Assembly (NCBI RefSeq): GCF_016433145.1
Contig: NC_058135.1
Coordinates: forward strand, 291,979,442-292,043,441
Origin: Gracilinanus agilis
Lineage: Eukaryota
DNA: 64,000 nt
Reading direction: 5' to 3'
Position numbers and translations under genes: made by a program. Under the pieces are notes generated by a model, which was not told the origin of the DNA, ran no database searches, and saw nothing but the letters and a program-made list of their open reading frames with translations. This document shows, piece by piece, positions 50,763 through 62,865 of this stretch (position 1 is its first letter; every line of letters starts with the position of its first letter).

Positions 50763-51813
50763 CACTAAAGGATAACTCTAGCCCTAATATCAATAATATG
50801 GAATTAGGGCTTAATCAACGATACATGTAAAACCTAGTTGAATTGTGCATCAGCTAAAGGGGGTAGGGAGGTTTGGGGAGAGGGAAAGAACATGAAACAT
50901 GTAAATATGGGAAATATTCAAAATAGAAATAAAAATGAAAAAAAAAAAAGAAACAGGGAATTTGGGGGAAGGGTTAGAAATTAAGAGGAGAACACAACTT
51001 GAACAATGAGCCCCTGGTTTTGAGAATTGCTGAGATGAGGGTATGATCTGGAGGGTGCTTTTTCATAGAGAAACTGGTTTCTTTATCCATAAAGGCTGGG
51101 TCTCAGCACCCCCCCACTCTCTGTAAAAGCTTCTCAAAGGTAGGGTCTGGGTTGTATCCCCAGTATCTAGTACAGAGCCTAAATACTGCATCAACTAGAA
51201 TTATAAAGAATTTTTGAGGTGAAAGAATTGTGGAAAGATGGAAGAATAAGGCAAGAAGTTACCTGGCTCTCTCAAATTCTCCAATAAATAACTTAAAATA
51301 ACAACTCAATATGAATTTTAGAGGGAGGGGGACAGAGAGAGAGAGAGAGAGAGAGAAGAAAAGAAACTAGGCAATGTGGGGGGGTGGTCTGATCTCATTA
51401 AAGTCCTGGAAGACCCCACTGAGTCAACAATCCACAAGCCCTGAGGGTAGCTATGTAAGTGGCAACCTTAGCTTCAAAAGCATTTGCCCCACTGAAGATG
51501 GAGGTCAGTCAGTTGATTAGAAGATTGCAGGGCACTGGATGTGGGTCCCAGGCTGTGACAGCCAGCCAGAAGGAGTAAGCACATGTTGGTGAGAGGAAAA
51601 AATTAGGAAAAAAAAAGAAAATTGAAAAAATTATGAAAATAAAGCCAAAAAAAAAAAAAGAGAGCTAAAAACCTACAGAAGAAAATAACTCCTTCAAAAT
51701 TAAAATTGGGAAAAAAGAAGCTAATGACTTCATAAGACATCAAGCAAAACAAAATAAAAAGAATGAAGAAATAGACAAGAATGTGAAATACTTCATAAAA
51801 AAAAAAACTGATC

Positions 51814-52020
51814 AGAGGTAGCTAGTATCTCAGTGGATTTAAAGACAGGTCTGGAGATGGGGAAGTTCTGTGTTCAAATCTGACCTCAGACCCTTCCTAG
51901 CTGTGTGATGCTAGGCAAGTCACTCAACCCTTGTTGCTTAGCCCATACCACTCTTCTGCCTTGGAATCAATACACAGTATTGATTCTAAAACTGAAGATA
52001 AGGGTTTAAAAAAAAAAAAC
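51814..52020 (+). mobile_element. SINE1_Mdo-type SINE nested in L1 ORF1
   Basis: Full body and A tail. Confidence 0.88.
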
Positions 52021-52968
52021 CTTATCTGGAAAAGTTAGTAAAGAGAATATAAGATTTGTTGGACTACCTAAGAATAATAATAATAATAATAATAAGGCTC
52101 TAGGCACTATACTTCAAGAAATTATTAAGGAAAATTGACTTGAAGTTTTAGAACTAGATGGTAAAACAGAAATTTTTAAAAATACACCAATCAGTGCCTG
52201 AAAGACATGAGAAACTGAGGGGGTTCCAAGACAAAACTTCACAGGAACATTATAGCTAAGTTTTGAAGCTCCAAGGTCAAAAAGAAAATACTACAAGCAA
52301 CTAGAGACAATTTAAATATTGTCATGCTACAGTCAAGATAAGATGTAGTAGCCTGTACATTAAAAGACCAAAGAGCATGAAATATGAAATCCAGAAGAAC
52401 AAAGGAGCTGGGTTTGCAACCAAGAATAAATAACCTATCCAACAAAGCTGAGTAAAACCTTGTAAGGAAATAAAATAGATATGTATTGAATTAAAAGGCT
52501 TCTAGATATTCTTGAGGAAAAAAAATCAGAACTGAATAGAAAATTTGCCCTAAAAGAATCAAGAGAAATCTAAGAAGATAAATATGAAAGGCCAATTTTA
52601 AGGGATTTAATAAGGTTAAACTATTTAGAGAAAATGTTGAGAAAATTGAGAAAATGTTATATGTAACTTTTAAGAATATTATCATTACTAGGAAGGCTTG
52701 GGGCTAAGTTGAATAAGATATAATAATCCTAAAAAATAAAACTGGGTAGGGAGAGGTAAGATGGACCAAATTAAATCATACAAAAGAAGCATGAATGAAA
52801 GAACCACTACAATGGAAGAGGAGGTAGAGGTCAGGTGGTATGGGGACTTAATTCTCATCAAAACTGGGTGAAAGAGAAAATAACATTTACATTTAGTAGA
52901 GTTCAAAAGTCTTCTTAACTTACAGAGAGAGAGGAGGGCAAGGGAATAGGATAAGAGATTATTCTTAG

Positions 52969-53179
52969 GGGGCAGCTGGGTAGCTCAGTGGATTGAGAGC
53001 CAGGCCTAGAGACGGGAGGTCCTAGGTTCAAATCTGGCCTCAGACACTTCCCAGCTGTGTGACCCTGGGCAAGTCACTTGACCCCCATTGCCTACCCTTA
53101 CCACTCTTCTGCCTTGGAGCCAATACACAGTATTGACTCCAAGACGGAAGGTAAGGGTTTAAAAAAAAAAAAAAAAAAA
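52969..53179 (+). mobile_element. SINE1_Mdo-type SINE, very young-looking
   Basis: Intact CpGs, uninterrupted poly-A, 16 bp TSD aagagattattcttag at 52953-52968 and 53180-53195. Confidence 0.98.
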
Positions 53180-53805
53180 AAGAGATTATTCTTAGAAGAG
53201 TGTACAGATTACAGGTCAGTTGTAAATCAGACGGCTAAAAAGAACAAGGTAAAAAGGGAAAGAGAGAAGGATAAACAGAGAGGAAAAATAGGATGAAGAG
53301 AAATATACCACTAATAATTATAACTCTGAATATGGAATAACATGAACTCAGCCATAGACACAGACAGCAGAACAGATAAAAAAACTAGAAACCAACAATG
53401 TGTTGTATACAAGAAAAACATTTAAAAATAAGAGATACATTGAGTAACAATAAAGCGCTGGAGTAGAATTTATTATGCTACAGTTGATATAAAAAAAGTA
53501 GATGTAGCAATCATGACCTCAGACAAAGTTAAAGCCAAAAAGATTTAATTAAGAGAGATAAACAGGAAAAAAATAAAAGTAAAAAAGAAATAACCAGGGA
53601 AATTATATTATGTTAAATGGCACCATAGATAATGAATAGCAATACTAAACATATATGTATCAAATACTATAGCATCCAAATTTTCATAGGAAAAGGTAAA
53701 AAAATTACAAGTAGAAATAGAGAGCAAAAGTATAATACTAGTGGACTTCGACCTTCCTCTCTCCGAATTGGATAAATCTAAGCAAAATATAAATTTAAAA
53801 AGTTA

Positions 53806-54772
53806 AAGAACACGAATAGGCAATTTTCAGATAAAGAAATCAAAACTATTAATAAGCACATGAAAAAGTGTTCTAAATCTCTAATAATTAGAGAAATGCA
53901 AATCAAAACAACTCTGAGGTACCATCTCACACCTAGAAGACTGGCTAATATTACAGCAAAGTAAAATAATAAATGTTGGAGGGGATGTGGCAAAATTCGG
54001 ACACTAATGCATTGGCTGGTGGAGTTGTGGATTGATCCAACCATTCTGGAAGGCAATTTGAAACTATGCCCAAAGGGCGCTAAAAAGACTATCTGTCCTT
54101 TGATCCAACCAAAACACTGCTGGGTTTTTACCCCAAAGAGATCATAAGGAAAAAGACATGTACAAAAATATTTATAGCCGCACTCTTTGTGGTGGCAAAA
54201 AATTGGAAAATGAGGGGATGCCCTTCGATTGGGGAATGACTGAACACATTGTGGTATCTGTTGGTGATGGAATACTATCATGCTAAATGGAATAATGAAC
54301 TGGAGGAATTCCATGTGAACTGGAAGGACCTCCAGGAACTGATGCAGAGTGAAAGGAGCAGAACTAGGAAAACCTTATACACAGAGACAGATACACTGTG
54401 GGACAATTGAATGTGACGGACTTCTCTACTAGTAGCAATGCAATGACCCAGGGCAATTCTGAGGGACTTATGAGAATTTTCACATCCAAAGAAAGAACTG
54501 AGGGAGCAGAAATACAGAAGAAAAACAACTACTTGATCACATAGTTTGATAGGGATATGACTGGGGATATAGACTATAAATGATCACCCTAGTGCAAATG
54601 TTAATAATATGGAAATAGGTCTTGATCAACAATACATGTAACCCATTGGAATTGCTCATTGGCTACGGGAGGTGGGGTGGGAGGAGGGGAGGGAAAGAAC
54701 ATGAATCATGGAACCATGGAAAAATACCCTAAATTAATTAATTAGATAAACTTTAAAAAATAAAATAAAATA
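53806..54772 (+). mobile_element. L1 3' end nested in the older L1
   Basis: Same ORF2 C-terminal/3' UTR sequence type as 48765-50948; endonuclease-region L1 sequence lies on both sides. Confidence 0.88.
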
Positions 54773-55490
54773 ACCTAATTTTGAAGAATGAACGGGTTGA
54801 AGAACAAGTTATAGAAATAAATAATTTTAAAAGAGAATAATAATAAGACAATATACCAAAGCTTGTGGGATACAACAGAAACAGTAATCAGAGGAAAATT
54901 TATAGCTCTAATGCTTCTATCAATAAAATAAAGATTAATGAATTTGATGTAATTAAGCTAGAAAAAGAACAAATTTAAAATCTCCAATTAAACTGCAAAT
55001 TGGAAATTCTAAAAATTAAAAGTGGGATTAAAGAAACTAAATGTAAGAAAACCAGTTAATTATTAAAATTAGGACTTTTTTCATTAAAAAAATAATAAAA
55101 CCAATAAACCATTGCTTAAATATAATTTTTTAAAAGAGAAAGAAGAAAACCAAATCAATGAAATGTTTAAAACAATGAAACCAAAATAATTATTAGGAGT
55201 TATTTTCCCCAGCTATATGCCCACAACTTTAACAAGATAAGTGAAATAGAAGAATACTTACAAAAATATAAACTACCCAAGTTAACAGAAAAGGAAACAG
55301 AATATCTAAATAGGCCTATTTTAAAAAATGAAATTGAGCTTCTTAAGAAAAAAAGCATCAGGACCAGATGGATTTAAAAGTGAATGCTACCAAACATTTA
55401 AAGATCAACTAATTCCAACATTAAATAAATTATTTGGAATAAACAGGCAAAAAAAGAGTCTTAACCAAACTTCTCTTAAGAAATAAATAT

Positions 55491-55691
55491 GGGGGGCAGC
55501 TGGGTAGCTCAATGGATTGAGAGCCAGACCTAGAGACGGGAGGTCCTGGGTTCAAACCCGGCCTCAGACACTTCCCAGCTGTGTGACCCTGGGTAAGTCA
55601 CTTGACCCCCATTGCCTACCCTGACCACTCTTCCACCTTGGAGCCAATACACAGAAGTTAAGGGTTTAAAAAAAAAAAAAAGAAAGAGAAA
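55491..55691 (+). mobile_element. SINE1_Mdo-type SINE nested in L1
   Basis: Full body and poly-A. Confidence 0.95.
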
Positions 55692-56750
55692 GAAATATGA
55701 TGCTGATAGCTAAAACCAGGAAGAGAAAAATTAGAAAACAATTTCACTAATTAATATCATTGCAAACATCCCAAATAAAATAAATACTAGCTAGGAGACT
55801 ACAAAAACATATCATAAAGATTATACATTGTGATCAAGTGAGACATAAACCAGAAATACAAGGTTGGTTTGATATAAGCAAAATTATAAATATATATGAC
55901 CATATCAATAAAAAAATTAACAAAAATCATGTTTTCAATAGATGAAGGAAATTTTTTTTTTTTACAAAATACAACACTCATTTCTACTTAAAACACTTGA
56001 AAGCACAGGTGTAAGTGAATTTTTCCTCCAAATGACAAGAAGCACCCACCTAAAACCATCAACAAGCATCTTCTATAACAGGAATATGCTAAAAGCTTTC
56101 TCAATAAGTTCAGAATTGAAACAAGGATGCCCATTATTATCAATATTATTCAATACTGCATTAGAAATGTTAGCAATAGCAACAATATAAGAAAAAGAAA
56201 TTGAAGGAAATAGAATGGGCAAAGAGGTAATAAAACTCTCTTTTTGCAGACAATGTGATGGTATACTTGGAAAGATTGGAAAATCTTAAGAGATTCAACT
56301 AGAAAGTTAATTGAAACAATAATTTTAGCAAAGTAGCAAAATATAAAATAAACCCACACAAATCATCAGCATTTCTATGTTTCACCAACAAAGCCCTACA
56401 AGACTAAGATAGTAAGAGTTACCTCATTTAAAATAACCACAGATGATGTAAACTTGCCAAGACAAATCCAGAAATTATATGGAACATAATTATAAAACAC
56501 CTTTTTCCCCAAATAAAATCAGATTTAAATAATTGGGGAAATATTAGTCATAGGTGGGCCAAGCCAATACAATAAAAATGACAATTCTATCTAAACTAAT
56601 CTACTTATTCAGTGCCATTTCAACTAAATTACCAAAAAATTATTTTATTAAGCTATAAAAAAATAACAAAATTGATTTAGAAGAACAAAGGGTCAAAAAT
56701 ATCCCAGGAGTTAATAAGGTGGGAAAAAAGTAAAGGAAGAAGTTCTAGCA

Positions 56751-56981
56751 CAGAATTGGTGAACATTTTCAAGATCCCGTGCCCAAAGTCTAAAACTTCA
56801 AGCTCCCTGTGAGCCCTCTCCCCACCCCCATTACCCCAGATAGCGGAGGAAGTGCTTGCATTGGGCAGGTTGGCAGAGGGGTGGGGCATACAAAAAATGT
56901 CCTCTGGCCCTGGGAAGAGGTGGAATGGAGCAACCCTCTCTGCCATCCTGGCACCCATGCCATGGCTTCACCAGCACGCAG
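56751..56981. mobile_element. Degenerate hAT MITE, about 230 bp
   Basis: Ends cagaattggtgaac...tggcacccatgccatggcttcaccagcacgcag; 8 bp flanks ttctagca / gtctagca; splits the L1 GLAVPDLKL segment. Confidence 0.7.
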
Positions 56982-57012
56982 GTCTAGCAGTACCAGATCT
57001 TAAACTGTGTTA

Positions 57013-57301
57013 TGTGGAGGTGGAAAATTTGCTACACCTGAGCTAAATTCCCAGCATCCTTTTAAGTATGTCCTCATTTGATGTACAGGGGCTTGGGAGA
57101 TAAATTTGGCTGAGACCCACGCCGAAGGACTCTTTTTTGGGAGCCTGAGCTTTGCTTTGGTTAAGGTGTGGCAGGTTGGGTCTCTGGCTCTGTGCTCTGC
57201 TCACTTAACTGAAGTTCCCTCTTTTTACTGTCTCTACTTTGCAGTAATAAAGCCACGAAAAAGCTACTAAGAACCTCATAATTTAAATTGTAATTATTAC
57301 A
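57013..57301 (+). mobile_element. Short solo LTR, 289 bp
   Basis: TG...CA termini, 4 bp TSD GTTA (57009-57012 and 57302-57305), AATAAA at 57246-57251; L1 reading continues across it. Confidence 0.8.
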
Positions 57302-58096
57302 GTTACAAAGTGGTAATTATCAAAATTATCTGATATTGGCTAAGAAATAGAAAGGTGGATCAATGGAATAGAGGTCTACAATACATAGTAGTAAATGATT
57401 ATAGTAACTTTGTGTTTCATAAATGTAAAGTTTTAAGTTTCGGGGATGAAAATTCACAATTTGGTAAAAATTATTAGGAAAACTAGAAAGCAGCCTGGCA
57501 GAAACTAACTAGGTACAGACCAATATGTAACACCACTTACCAAAATATGGTAAAGATGGATACCTCGTCAGACCTCGTCAGAAAAGAGGATATCATAAAT
57601 AAGAAGAACATGGAACATATTGCCTATCAAACTTATGGATAGGAGAAGAATTTACGAATAAACAGAGATAAAAGAGCATTGCAAGCTGTAAAAATGGATA
57701 ATTCTGATTAAATTAAAACTTTAAAAAAAATAAAACCAACGTAGCCAAGATTAGAAGGAAAATGGAAAACCGGGGACAATTTTTATAGTTTATTGGCTAT
57801 AGGCCTCATATCTCAAATATATAGAGAACTCTGTCAAATTTATAAGAATATGGGTATTCCCCAATTGGGAAATGGTCAAAGGATAATGAGCAGACAATTT
57901 TTTCAAAGAAATCTAAACTATATATAATGAAGAAGCGCTCTAAATCATTGTTGACTAAGAAAATGAACATTAAAACAACTTTGACCATCTCACACCTATC
58001 AGATTGGCTAAAGAAGGGGGAAATGACAAAATATTGGAGGGGATGTGGAGATACGGAGACAATAATATGTGTTTTAAATTTAAAAAACAAAAACAA

Positions 58097-58287
58097 AACC
58101 TTTATCTTTTATCTTAGAATTGATGCTAAGTATTGGTTCCAAGGTAGAATAGTAATACCATCTAGGCAACTGGGGTTAAATGACTTGCCCAGGGTCACAC
58201 AGCTAGAAGCGTGTGACACTACAGTCAAACCTAGGACCTCCCATCTCTAGGCCTGTCTCTCTATCTGCTGAGCCACTTCACTGCCCC
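58097..58287 (-). mobile_element. SINE1_Mdo-type SINE nested in L1
   Basis: ggttccaaggtagaa...gacttgcccagggtcacacagctag...cctaggacctcccatctctaggcc. Confidence 0.88.
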
Positions 58288-60929
58288 AACACCAATACAC
58301 TGTTGGTGGAACTGTGGGCTGATCTAACCATTTTGGAGAGCAATCTGGAATTATGGCCAGAGTTATAAAACTGTGTATGCCCTTTGACTCAGCAATACCA
58401 CTCTATTTCTCAAGGTGGTCAGGGAATAAAGGAAAAGAACCTATATGTTCTAAAATATTTATGGTAGGGGATGCCCATCAAGTGGAGAACAGCTGAATAA
58501 GTTGTAGCAAATGACTGTGATGGAATACACACTACTGAGCTATAAGAAAGGAACAGCATTTCCCTAAAACTGATTTTAGGGAAACAAAGGAAAGGCTTGT
58601 GTGAAATAAGGAGGAGGGAAATGAGCAGAACCAAAAGCGCGTGGTATGTGGAAAGATCAGAAGCAAATGTGAATGACTGAGCTCCTCGGAGTTTTAGGAA
58701 TATTCAAATCAAGCCCAAAAGACCTATGAAGGAAGATGCTCTCCACCTCCAGAGAAGACCTGATATAAGGATATATGCACTGCACGGCTTCACAGGGCTG
58801 GGAGGGAGACGGCTCAGAACCCCAAATGTAACCCCAACAAGAATTCTATGCCCAGAAATGCCAAAGTCTATTAATGACCCTGACCGAGTCCCCAGCTATC
58901 AAGATAAGCTAGCCTCCATGATAAAGCAGGGCTTCAAATCTCTCCTGGGTCAGCAACCCCAGGGGCACCATCCTAGCTGAACTCTAGCTCCGTGTTCTCC
59001 CAGGCCAGCCCAGGCAGCCCTGAATGACACCTCCATGGCCCAAAGCCTGAACCCACCTCAGTAGTGGCTGAGGCTGGAGAGTCAACTGAGGGACTGCATA
59101 GGAGGGCTATTTTCTTTGCTAATGTCTATGACCTTATTGAGTGACACAAAAGACAAACACTTTTGCTACCACGGATATAGGGTCACAGTACAACAAGCAT
59201 TAATTAAGGGGCAATGACGGTGCCAGGCTCTGTGCCAAGGAGCATAATCAAATGATAATCCCTTGTGGCAGCGCCAAACTCCTAATGGCAAGGGTGGGAT
59301 GGTCCAAATAGCACATCTTTGCTTCTGGCAACTCTTTCCTGGCCCAATACAACGGCAGCTTTCCCAAGCTTCTGCTTTGTCCCCCCTTCCCACAAGGAAG
59401 TCAGGACTAAGAAGCAAAGACCACACAGCAGAAATGCTGGAGTGGCTCCCCACCACTACCTGGCAGGATCTGGGTACTTCCTGGTTCCCCATGGGCTCTA
59501 AGTTATTTCATATGATGATGGAAGAAGAGAAAATGACAAAGAGGCACCAAGGCACACCCAGAGCCCCTGGCTGCTAGGAGAGTGTAACTTCAAATTTGTC
59601 TCCTAATTTGTCCCAATGAAAAAACACTTTTGATACTCAAAACAAACCAAAAAAGATCTGACCGAATTTTAATCAAAGAATATTAAAAGAATGAAATTAA
59701 TGTATTCAAACACATCAAAAAGGAGATGGAGTAAAAGGGAAATCCCCATTCATCCCTTATGGCAAATAGTCTGCATTCAGACTGCCCCAGGAAAGCTAAG
59801 GTTGGCTTCCACTTCCCATGCCACCATCTTTTGCTAACTCGAGATAAAGTGCCATAAGCATAAGCCAACTGTGCCAAGGAATGGGGGAAAACCAGAAATA
59901 AATGAAATTCCAGATTATTTCTGAACTCATTTTGGCCAATAGTTCCCACTCTTTCAATTTTAAAAAAATTATGAAAATACATAAATTCAATTGTTTTAAT
60001 TTTCCTTCCCATTTCCATGTGTTAGAATGTAATTCCCAGGGATAAAAACAAAGAGCCAGAGATGTGGCCAGAGATGTGGCATCATAGGAAATGGAAAAAC
60101 TGGCACCAAGACACCAAGCAAATTACTCTTTAAGATCAAAGTATAATACAAATTATCCCTGAAGATTTTCACTGAATCAATACCAAATTGTTCATTAATA
60201 AAAATGCAATTGTGAATTCTCTTTTGATTGACATAAATTAGAGCAATTGGAAAAAAAATTTTACTAGCATCTCCAAAAATGGTTTTAAATTTAAATGTTA
60301 AAGAACAAACTCCATTTCTCATCTTTTTTCTTTTCTAAATAGGGGTAATAAAAGCTCTCCTCCATCCGGCTGCTGTTGTCAAAATCTCCAATGTTGTTTA
60401 TCTCACACTTCAGGCTTGCAAAGTATTTCACAGACATGCTCCCATGTGATTCTCACAACAATCCTGCCAAGTAGACAGGGTAGGCAGGGTTACCCCCACT
60501 TTGCAGATGTGGGTTAAGTGATTTGCGCGGGGTCAAATATTGGGCAGTTATCAAAACCAAGAACCCCACACAGACCTCTTGACCACTTATCTTGGGCATT
60601 TAGCACCACATTAGGAGGCCTTCTGGGCTTTGGGTCTATTTTGTGGGTACAGCAGCCACTTGAGGCCCAATTCCACTGCTGACAGGCACCTGGCCCACCG
60701 CTCTAACCGGGGTCCTTTGCCCTTCCTTAGGCATTCTGGTGCTATTCCTATGCATGCCAACCTCAAACAACCTCCCAGTTGAAGCCATCCCTTCGCTGGG
60801 GTTACAAATGCCACTGTCTCAGACCAACATCTTCTGCTTCCAGAGACTATCCCTGTGGGCATGTAAGAGTAGAAGCTGATTTTCCCAGACAAGAGGACCC
60901 CTAGTTCAAGTTGTTCAATCCTTTTTGGT

Positions 60930-61085
60930 CACATCTGACTCTTCTCCAGCTCATTTTATGGATGAAGAAAAAGTGCCTACGGTCACTTGTGAGTAAGTGT
61001 CCGAGGCCAAATTTGAACTCGTGAAGATGACTCTTGCTGACTCCAGGCCCAGCACTCTATCCGCTGCACCACCTAGCTGCCTGCC
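60930..61085 (-). mobile_element. MAR1-type SINE
   Basis: gaactcgtgaagatgactcttgctgactccaggcccagcactctatccgctgcaccacctagctgcc. Confidence 0.85.
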
Positions 61086-61559
61086 CCTTACAAACTAGGT
61101 CTGGTGCCTAGCTCGAGGGTTTCCTATCTGTTCCCTTGGGGTCAAGGCTGAGACCATCCCTTTCTAGTCAATGTTCATATGAACAAGTCAGAGCACCCCT
61201 GTTTTGCTAGAATTGAATATCAAAGTAAATCAGACCAGAGGGGAGGAAGGCATGTCCCCAGCAGAAGACTAAGAGTTTGGGGGCTCCAGAGTCCACTAGG
61301 CTGTGTTCTAACAGGAAGTGAACAAAGGAAAGGGAGTATTCCTTCAAGGAGCAAATCTGCCTGCAATAAGCATTCACGCTGCTGCTTAGAGCTGGTGGGC
61401 AGACATCCGCAGGGAGCTGGGTCTGTACCCAAGCGGAATAGCCTCACTCAGTGATTAGATGTCCCACAAGTTCTGACTGATCACGCCTGCTGGGGGAAAA
61501 CCCCCCCATGCTCTACAAAGTGCTGCCTGTTGGGCTCTGACCCATCATCATTCCAGGCT

Positions 61560-61810
61560 GCTTTCTTATCTCTGAACTTTTGTACATACTTGTCCCCCAT
61601 CTGCTTTTAGACTGACCCCTTCTTCCAGGGCCTTTCCTCTCCCCATCCCTCCAATCTCCACGGCCCTATGGCAGTCCATAAGGCTGTCCGATTTTTCTAG
61701 TTACTCCTGTTACCCCTGGCCACACATTAAGCACCTCCAGAGGCCGGGCTGTCTCAGTTTTGCATCTGGTTCTCCTGCTCCAGCACGGTAGCTGGCACTT
61801 AATACTTTTT
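61560..61810 (+). mobile_element. L2 LINE 3' tail
   Basis: aagcacctccagaggccggg...gcacggtagctggcacttaata. Confidence 0.55.
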
Positions 61811-62425
61811 GATTAAAATCAGTAACTGCTATTAAGTCCTCTGTTTACTACTGCCCGTCCTTTAGCTAATCGAGGACCTGATCCATTACAAAGAAGGTGG
61901 TGGCTGGAACTCCCCATCTGAGTGAACTCCTGGCTCTACTTCCAGGGAAACTTCTGCTTAGGAGACTTCATTGAACTTCCTCATTTCTCCTAGTATTTTT
62001 TCTGCCCCAAACCTGAGCCACAATAAAGCCAGAAGGAAGTGCAGCACTCCATAACATCCTCTTAAGAATAAGGGGTCTGGGACCTTCCTGCCAGGCCACT
62101 CTCTCTCACAGAGGTCCCAAGGAAGGTTTCACTTTGACTTCCCTTAAGGCGTTTCCATAGTTTGGGCAGCCCCTCAGTCGGTACTTCAATTTGTGTTGTT
62201 ATTGGGGTGCGGGGAGGGGGGGTGCCCTGCAAACTCCTCACTCCCCAGCAATGAGTGAGTGATCTTGCTTTTGGAGGTAGGTTCTGTCTGAAGCCTAACA
62301 CTCTGGACAGGGAAGGTAGGAGGACTGAGCTGCATGAGTCCAAACATCAGATTTTCTGTTCTGTCACCAAGAAGTAATTTCTCAGCAACCTTTAACTTCA
62401 TTATCCCTCTCAAAAGTCCCCACAA

Positions 62426-62603
62426 GGGGGCAGCTGGGTAGCTCAGTGGATTGGGAGCCAGGCCTAGAGACGGGAAGTCCTGGGTTCAAATCTGGCCTCA
62501 GACACTTCCCAGCTGTGTGACCCTGGGCAAGTCACTTGGCCCCCATTGCCTAGCCCTTACCACTCTTCTGCCTTGGAGCCAATACACAAGGGTTAAAAAA
62601 AAA
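62426..62603 (+). mobile_element. SINE1_Mdo-type SINE, young
   Basis: Full body; TSD tccccacaa on both sides. Confidence 0.95.
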
Positions 62604-62865
62604 TCCCCACAAATACTTTTTCAAAATTTATCAATCTGGGAAGAAAAAAGAGGTAGCAAGTAGGAGATACAGGATGGCTATTCAAGACATTCTTCACCAA
62701 CCTCAGAGAAGCATTAGGAAGAGCTCTAAGACTAAGAGTCACCCACCCCAGATACCAGTGTTAGACAGATCAACTTAATCCCCCTGAGCCTCAGTTTCTT
62801 CAACTGCAAAATGGGAAAGGGGAGTTTGAAACTAGATGGGCTAGAAGTATCTTCTAGCTCTATAG

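Larger units (their letters stand above)
49757..50948 (+). mobile_element. Second L1 3' end in tandem, different 3' UTR subtype, with a nested SINE and MITE
   Basis: Restarts at aactctgaggtatcacc; its own 3' UTR and poly-A end at about 50948. Confidence 0.93.
51230..58760 (+). mobile_element. Old near-full-length L1 (5' UTR, ORF1, ORF2, 3' remnant) inflated by nested insertions
   Basis: L1 landmarks appear in order: ORF1-like 51600-52700, endonuclease-like 53300-53800, RT region (KIQHSFLLKTLES, KQGCPLLSILFN) 55940-56400, 3' ORF2 57800-58500. Boundaries approximate. Confidence 0.8.
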
